Origin: the human T2T-CHM13v2.0 reference genome, Homo sapiens
DNA length: 64,000 bases
Assembly: GCF_009914755.1 (NCBI RefSeq)
Contig: NC_060935.1
Reading direction: 5' to 3' (one strand)
Position 1 is the first letter of the stretch. Each line of letters starts with the position of its first letter. The notes under the pieces are model-generated. The model searched no databases. It was not told the origin of the DNA and was given only the letters and a program-made list of their open reading frames with translations. Shown one piece after another: positions 52,391 to 64,000 of this stretch. The translations under genes were made by a program, and so were the position numbers.

Positions 52391-53148
52391 CTAGAGTTAA
52401 ACACACACACAGATAATTTTCTCCAAGGGTTTTCTCAATGCCTATGTAACAGTGGGGCAGTTAGGATTCATTCCTCAAGGGCAAATAATATACAGACAAT
52501 CGAGGGGAAAAAAAGCATTGAATTTGCACATTTGGTGGGAAGGAGACTGTGTGTGTGTACACACATGGAGGGTGAGAATGTAAAATGTAAGAACACTAAA
52601 TTTTACAGTAGATAGGAAAAACTACTGAGATTACAGAAGCATAAAATAAGACCTTGGAGAAACACAGGCAAATTGAACACAAAATACCAAATGTCATCGG
52701 AAAGGACTGTGACTCAAATGTGACCGATACATGAACATTGTACTGCTTCAGAAAAGCTAGCAATATTGTCAGAAACTAGTCAATAAAAATTTACCTAATT
52801 ATTATTAGTAACCAAAGCACTGAACAGTACAAGGCACTATAAGCTAGTAAAATCACTGGTCATTCCTCGAAAGAAACATGATACATAGGTAGATAACCAC
52901 TCGAGAGCAGATGCAGTTAGTGGCAGGGACACATTTAAAACAACCATAAAAATGCAAAAAACAAGCAGTACAAATGAAATAAACTGATTTTTTTTCAACT
53001 TAATTAACACTGTTAATTCAAACAAGCTCCAACACTTATGTTTACAAAAAAGAAAAATAAAAACAATTAGCTTTATCAATCTGGTCTCAATACCACCTGT
53101 GTGACCTTGGGCAAGTTACATGATGTCCTTATGTCTCAGTTTCTTTCA

Positions 53149-55856
<2,708 letters not shown>

Positions 55857-57185
55857 TCAAAGAAAAAACTTACTCCTGTTAACACCAAACAGATTTGCTC
55901 CCATCTATAAAACACAGTGCCACTGTGCTCAAGAGGAAGATGTCAGAGACTTAGGCCTAACTCGGCAAGTCTTCCCAGAGTAGCTAGTCCTCTAAAATGA
56001 TGCTTTAATAGGCTTAACGGAAACAATCTCATTTACAGTGAGGCTTCCAAATGGTGAACACGGTAAAGAGCAAATCAGCAACATTAAGTGCACATTTGTT
56101 TGTGGGAAGGCATTAGGAAAGAGGTTTTTCTAAGTACAGTAATTCTAAAAATGTGTTTTCTTAGGGAACAATAGTAATATTTAGACTAATTGCAAATGTT
56201 AATATGTGCAATATAATTTCAGTCTCCATCCTACATATACATTTTTTTTTACCACCAGTACTCAAAATGTTTATTTGTACTTCTCAATTCCTATCAATGA
56301 TTTCTAATGCTGGTGTATGAAAAGCATGCTTGAAATTGTTTGAAATAAAGGACTTAGGGACAGAGTGGAATGCTGGAAATCTGTAAAAGGACTGGAAACG
56401 CTGGAATGCTGGAAATCATGGTAGGCGCATAGCCAGTTATTTTCGTAGGCTTCTCTATCTCTAATTACTCAGCAGAGGTGGTTTTATTTTCCTTGACAGT
56501 CTGCTCTAGGAAGCAATCAGCCAACCAGTTTGCAATTGTAGGGTTTGTAAGAAATGAAAAACACTGCACCTGCAAGTGTTTTAGCATCTACCACTATTCG
56601 GCTTACTTACGTAACCTCCTTCCCAAGACCAAGTCAGTAGGATTGTTTTTAAAGCAACCTCTCCATTTCTAGGAGGGGCACAAAAGCTAGCAAATACCCC
56701 AACCCGAATACAAGCGAGGTTGTGGAGAAAGTAATGAAGGAGTTTGTGTGCAAACAGCGGGGAAAGGAGGTTCTGTTGAATTGTACCGTGTGTCCGTTCT
56801 CGTGCTGTACAGGCAATGAGTGTAGTCTGTGCGAACCGGGTGTGTGACGTTTGCTTTTCGGGTGTACGGGTCTCCGAATGCTGCTTCTGCTGTGCTCACC
56901 AAGGGAGCGCGTGTGCGGCGTGTGTCTGCGAAGCGGGCAGGTTGTGTTTAGTTGTGCTGTGCCTTGGAACAGTCCGTGTGAACAGAGGAGGGCTTACGGT
57001 TAACAGACAAAATACCGTAAGCGCCCTTCCTAGAGCCAGGCACAGAGACAACGGCGGCCTCTGGCGCCGGCACAAGGGACAGCGTGGCCCGGATCTCAGA
57101 GCCTGGGTCACTCCTCCTCCCCTCCAGCGACACAGCACTCCCCCAACCCTTCCGCCCACCTCCGCCGAGCCTCGGCTGCACTCAC

Positions 57186-57222
57186 CTCTCTCCAGCCGCA
57201 CGGGTTCCCCTAGCGCCGCCAT
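57186..57222 (-). CDS. LIN7C: LIN7C exon 1 (MAALGEPVRLER + 1 nt; 37 nt)
   Basis: ATG at 57222 in GAAGATGGCG; donor GAG|GTGAGT (intron from 57185). Confidence 0.97.
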
Positions 57223-57334
57223 CTTCTCCCTTAACCTACAGACCCACAGGAAATGACGACAGAAGGGCTGAGGTGGGGGGGCGGGGCCTAGGGGAAGCCG
57301 GAAAAGTGAGTACCGGCTAGTATCGCGAGATCAG

Positions 57335-57368
57335 GAAGGTGGCCGAGTGTGTCGCCGCGGCCATCAGG
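57335..57368 (+). ncRNA. BDNF-AS: BDNF-AS first exon (short; TSS approximate); intron runs rightwards
   Basis: Donor CAGG|GTAAGG at 57369, ~150 bp from the LIN7C ATG in head-to-head orientation. BDNF-AS is known to start from the LIN7C promoter. Confidence 0.7.
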
Positions 57369-58395
57369 GTAAGGGTACCTGGACTTGCGGCTTTTTAGGT
57401 CGGCCTGGCTCCGCTCCTTCCGCGGTGACGAGGTCCCCCGGCCTCCTAGGGTTGGGAAGAGCTGCTTTCCTGACTCTCGTTCCCTGCCTCAGGCTTCCCT
57501 TATCCCAATCGCTTCGAACCCTTGGCTCAGCGTAGAGGAGTCAAGCCTGGATTCTAGTCCCACCTTGCCCATTAGCAGCTCTGTGACCTGGGACTGTTCA
57601 CTTACCCTCTCTCAGCCTCAGTTTCCGCATCTGTACAACGAGAGGTCCTATCTCTTAGGTCCTTACAATTTTTAAACTCTGGGATTCGGTGGCAATTAAA
57701 TGTGTAATGACATGTTGTCAGTTCTCAATTTGTGACAGCATTGCTTTAAATTTAAAAATCCACGGCTTGAATCTTCCCTCCAAATCTGTTAAGGGGTGGA
57801 AAGTACAAAGAGCATGAAACATATCTGGGTGAGGGAGAGAACAAGGTGCTTTGGTGCACCACAAAGTAACAATTTTATAAGCAGCTGATTCTTATAAAAT
57901 CTTAAGTAATTGAAATATTGTGAAGCAAATAATATTCTTAATGCATTACAGATTTTTGAGCCACTTCTGAAATTTTCGCGAACCAAGAAGAATTTTAGTA
58001 TTTGGATTTGACTAACATTTATCCAAGCCCTTAGTCTGTACTGATACTGTGGTAGGTGTGTTTACATCCAGCATTTCAACACTTCATGATGGGACTGTTT
58101 TAATAACCTGTTTGCCCCTGGTCCACCCTTTCCATTCACCTTTAGTATTTTCTTCTCCAAATCCATCATGGATGCCACCACTATGCTCCTTTTTCTCCCC
58201 TTGAATTCTGATTTCATCATCACAAGTTCTGTTCAGAAACTTTCAATGGTTTCTCTCCTGTTTCCTATTTCTAAAGCCTTGCATACTCTGACCCTAACTC
58301 ATCCAACTAACTTCATTTCTCATTACCACTAAGTGCAACCACCACTTCAGTCCAGATAGTATAGTTTCAACCATATTTATTCCTGATTCCAAGTC

Positions 58396-61337
<2,942 letters not shown>

Positions 61338-61417
61338 GTTAGCCAGTAAAGGTATGTGTAATCCAAGAAAAAGAGGATCCAATATAGAGGAGATTAAGGT
61401 GATTTCAAAATGATTAG

Positions 61418-61927
61418 TGTATCAGGGTGCCTCACAGAAACAGAACCAATAGAATATATTTAGATATATAGAAAGGATTTATTATGATGGATTGGCTCAG
61501 GAGACTACAGAAGCCAAGAAATCCCATAATTTGCTGTCTTCAAGTGGGAGACCCAGAAAAGATGCTTTAGTTCCAGTCCAAGCATGAAGAACCAAGGCCT
61601 GAGAACCAGAAGAGCCTCTGGTGTAAGTACTAGTCTGAGTCCGAAGGCCTGAGAACTGAGAACACTGGAGTCCAAGGGCAGGAGAAAGATATCTGAGCTC
61701 AAACAGAAAGGGCAAATATGCCCTCCCTCTGTCTTTTTGCTCTATTTGGGCCCTCAGTGGATTGGATGATGTCTGTTCACATTAGTGAGAGTGATCTTTA
61801 CTCAGTTTGCTGATTAAAATGCTAATCTCTTCTAGAAACTTCCTGACACACTCAGAAATATTGTTTTACCAGCTATCTGAGCATCACTTAGCCCAGTCAA
61901 ATTGACACATAAAATTAATCCACCACA
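61418..61927 (-). mobile_element. MLT2 (ERVL) LTR
   Basis: acagaaccaataga...gaaggcctgagaac...gcccagtcaaattgacacataaaattaa; same family as 26811-27630. Confidence 0.8.
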
Positions 61928-62956
61928 ATTGTGAAGGGAAGCCTAGGGTAGCAGACATGCAGCTGGCAAAGAGAGCAATCCATTCACACTGAAGCAGGGC
62001 AGAAGTGGAGGTGAGGTGTTGCCAAGAAAAAAATGAAATATGTAGTTCACCAGTGTGGGTGAGCATACTGATAACACATTTATGCATTTTAGTGGAGAGT
62101 TTGGGAATAAATTGGTGATAGGCACATAGAAAACTAAGCAAACGGGAGGAAATAAAGCAATTATTAACTCCAAAAAAACCTGAAAAGCCATGTAATAAAG
62201 GAAATGTTTATGAGTATAAGGTGGATCAGCTGCATACAACATATTCAGCAACTTTTAATTTTTTTGAGTATAAACCCTGTAATGCTGTTTGCATTTTTAA
62301 AGACATTTTAATAAAAATGAAAATTAATAAATAGGAATCACAATACTAAAGATAATATTTGATATATTTTATTTTGAAATATTTAATTTGTATTGGCCTC
62401 ATCTTTTCAATTTGAAATCTTTGCTCTTGGGAAGGGGAATAAGAAAACTTAATTATAAGCACAATTTGCTGAAAAAGCACAGACTTACTAGGTTTAAAGT
62501 AGTGTTTAATGATTAGACAATTTTCATTTAATAGATTTGTACATCTGCTTTGTTTGGTATTTGAATCTCATTGTGCTGTAGTCTGGATTTGCTACCCTTG
62601 ATCAGATACTCACCCTTGGTTCAATCAATTCTATCTGGTACAGTGGAAGTAATGGTTCACCCAGGTCCCTGATAAGTCTGGGGGTAGAATATCTTCCCTT
62701 AGAAAAGGCTAGAGTACAGCAGGCAATGTATTTGGCCTGTCTAATATAGTACATTACATATACATTTGGGAAAAATGTTGCAAATTCCATAAGAGTAGCA
62801 GCCTGACATTATGGGAAGAGCACAGGACTAAGTGTCAGGAGCTCTGGTTACTAATCATAGATGAGCCACCTTGTGATAGTGTGATCTTGACAATGTCACA
62901 TTCTCACTCTGGACCTGTTTCCTTATTTGGCACGACCACTGAATAAGATCTGTCTG

Positions 62957-63117
62957 AGCCAGCTGCAGTGACATCCACCTGTATGTAGTCCCAGTTCTTG
63001 GAAGACTGAGGCAGGAGGATGGAGGCCGGGAGTTTGAGGCTGTATGATTGCGCCTGTAAATAGCCACTTTTCTTCAGCCTGAGCATCACAGCAACACCCC
63101 AAATCTTTAAAAAAAAT
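62957..63117 (+). mobile_element. FAM (fossil Alu monomer)
   Basis: Monomer retaining the 7SL-derived segment gcgcctgt(g)aatagccact, which dimeric Alus lack. Confidence 0.7.
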
Positions 63118-64000
63118 CTGTCAGCACATTAAAAATTACTTTACTCTATGTCAATAAAGTAATTAATATAAATACAGATTCCCTTGAACTTCATGGACTT
63201 ATCAAATCAGAATCCTTAGGAGAAGGCTCTGGGAATCTATATTTTAAAAAATCCCTAGTGATTCTGACACAGCTAGCCTGACACAGGGACCTGTGTTCAG
63301 GATTTAAAAGATTATTTCTAGGGCCTTTTTCTACTAAAATTCAGTTTCCCTATAAAACTGCAGAGAAAAATTATTGAGAAAATGATTTTCATTATAAAAG
63401 AATATGTAGCTCTTGCATAAAGGGCAGCATTTCTAGCTAATTTTAAAATTTATTTTATATTATTTTAGGCATAGATAAGGAAGAAAAAAGTTTTGGAAAC
63501 TACTTCTGAGAGGGAAAAATATGCCTGAAATTAACCAACAGCCAGCTTGTACTTAACATACAAAATAAACAAAAGAATCAACTATTGTGTAAGGAGAGAA
63601 CCCCGAAATGTTCCTCGTTAATCGAAATTCAAGAGTATTAGCGTCGGGAAAGATCTAGAGAGTCAACTCCCTCATATTAAAGAAGAGAAGATGGATTGCT
63701 GTCCTACATTCAAAGGAGGCCATTAGGAGCATGAACCAAGGGAAGCTGGTTTTCCTTCTATGCCTCTGCCAGGTTATTAAATCACCAGGCCTCCTAATCA
63801 AGAATTGCTCTTCGTGTGGAAGAACTCCTCTTCACCTGTTGCTTCCTCATATTATTTCCTGCCTCAGAGATGTAGAGGAACTGTAAAATTAGAATAGGAT
63901 GTTTGGGTCTAGACAAATCCCAGTGAAAGCTAAATTATGGAAATTTAGTCTTTGTATAACAAATGAAAACCCTAAGTAGGCTGCCAAGGTACAAAAGCTT

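Larger units (their letters stand above)
56700..57540. promoter_or_regulatory. CpG island / bidirectional promoter shared by LIN7C (-) and BDNF-AS (+)
   Basis: CpG-dense; GC box GGGGGCGGGGC at ~57277-57287, ETS/half-CRE CAGGAAATGACG at 57247-57258, TATCGCGAGA at 57321-57330, YY1/TISU overlapping the LIN7C ATG. Confidence 0.88.

Noticed and set aside
56896-57222. 108-aa ORF starting MAALGEPVRLER
   Set aside because: LIN7C exon 1 read into the intron; the strong donor at 57185 explains it.
56816-57256. Cys-rich 146-aa + strand ORF resembling a metal-binding protein
   Set aside because: The cysteines come from TG-rich low-complexity DNA antisense to LIN7C intron 1; there is no regular motif spacing.
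62957-63117. 7SL RNA gene/pseudogene
   Set aside because: Lacks most of the S domain; fits a fossil Alu monomer.

Overview
Human genomic DNA (Alu-rich primate sequence) that I recognise as the LGR4-LIN7C-BDNF-AS region (chr11p14.1, from memory). On the minus strand it holds (i) coding exon 1 of LGR4 (22604-22788) in a CpG island, with positions 1-22603 being part of its long intron 1, and (ii) the complete five-exon LIN7C gene (197 aa, L27+PDZ), whose five exons I reassembled from GT-AG junctions. LIN7C shares a compact bidirectional CpG promoter with the + strand lncRNA BDNF-AS. Between the genes lies a disabled processed RPL37A pseudogene. The rest is mostly interspersed repeat: about 45 Alus/monomers, a MER4-group solo LTR, MLT1/MLT2 LTRs, MER DNA-transposon fossils, and L1/L2/MIR fragments. 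Nearly all other ORFs in the track are Alu-derived or GC-rich shadow frames. I see no evidence of a new multi-gene system. The best leads are: a near-perfect ~95-bp inverted duplication bracketing a nested Alu (43018-43890); a long-3'UTR RPL37A retrocopy that appears to split an AluJ; three AUG uORFs in the LGR4 leader; a candidate 29-nt antisense microexon at the LGR4 promoter; a perfect TISU/YY1 start plus a BANP motif at the LIN7C promoter; and a 41-bp palindrome and a TG-repeat acceptor in LIN7C introns. Repeat subfamily names are from recalled consensus features and repeat boundaries are approximate unless a TSD is quoted.
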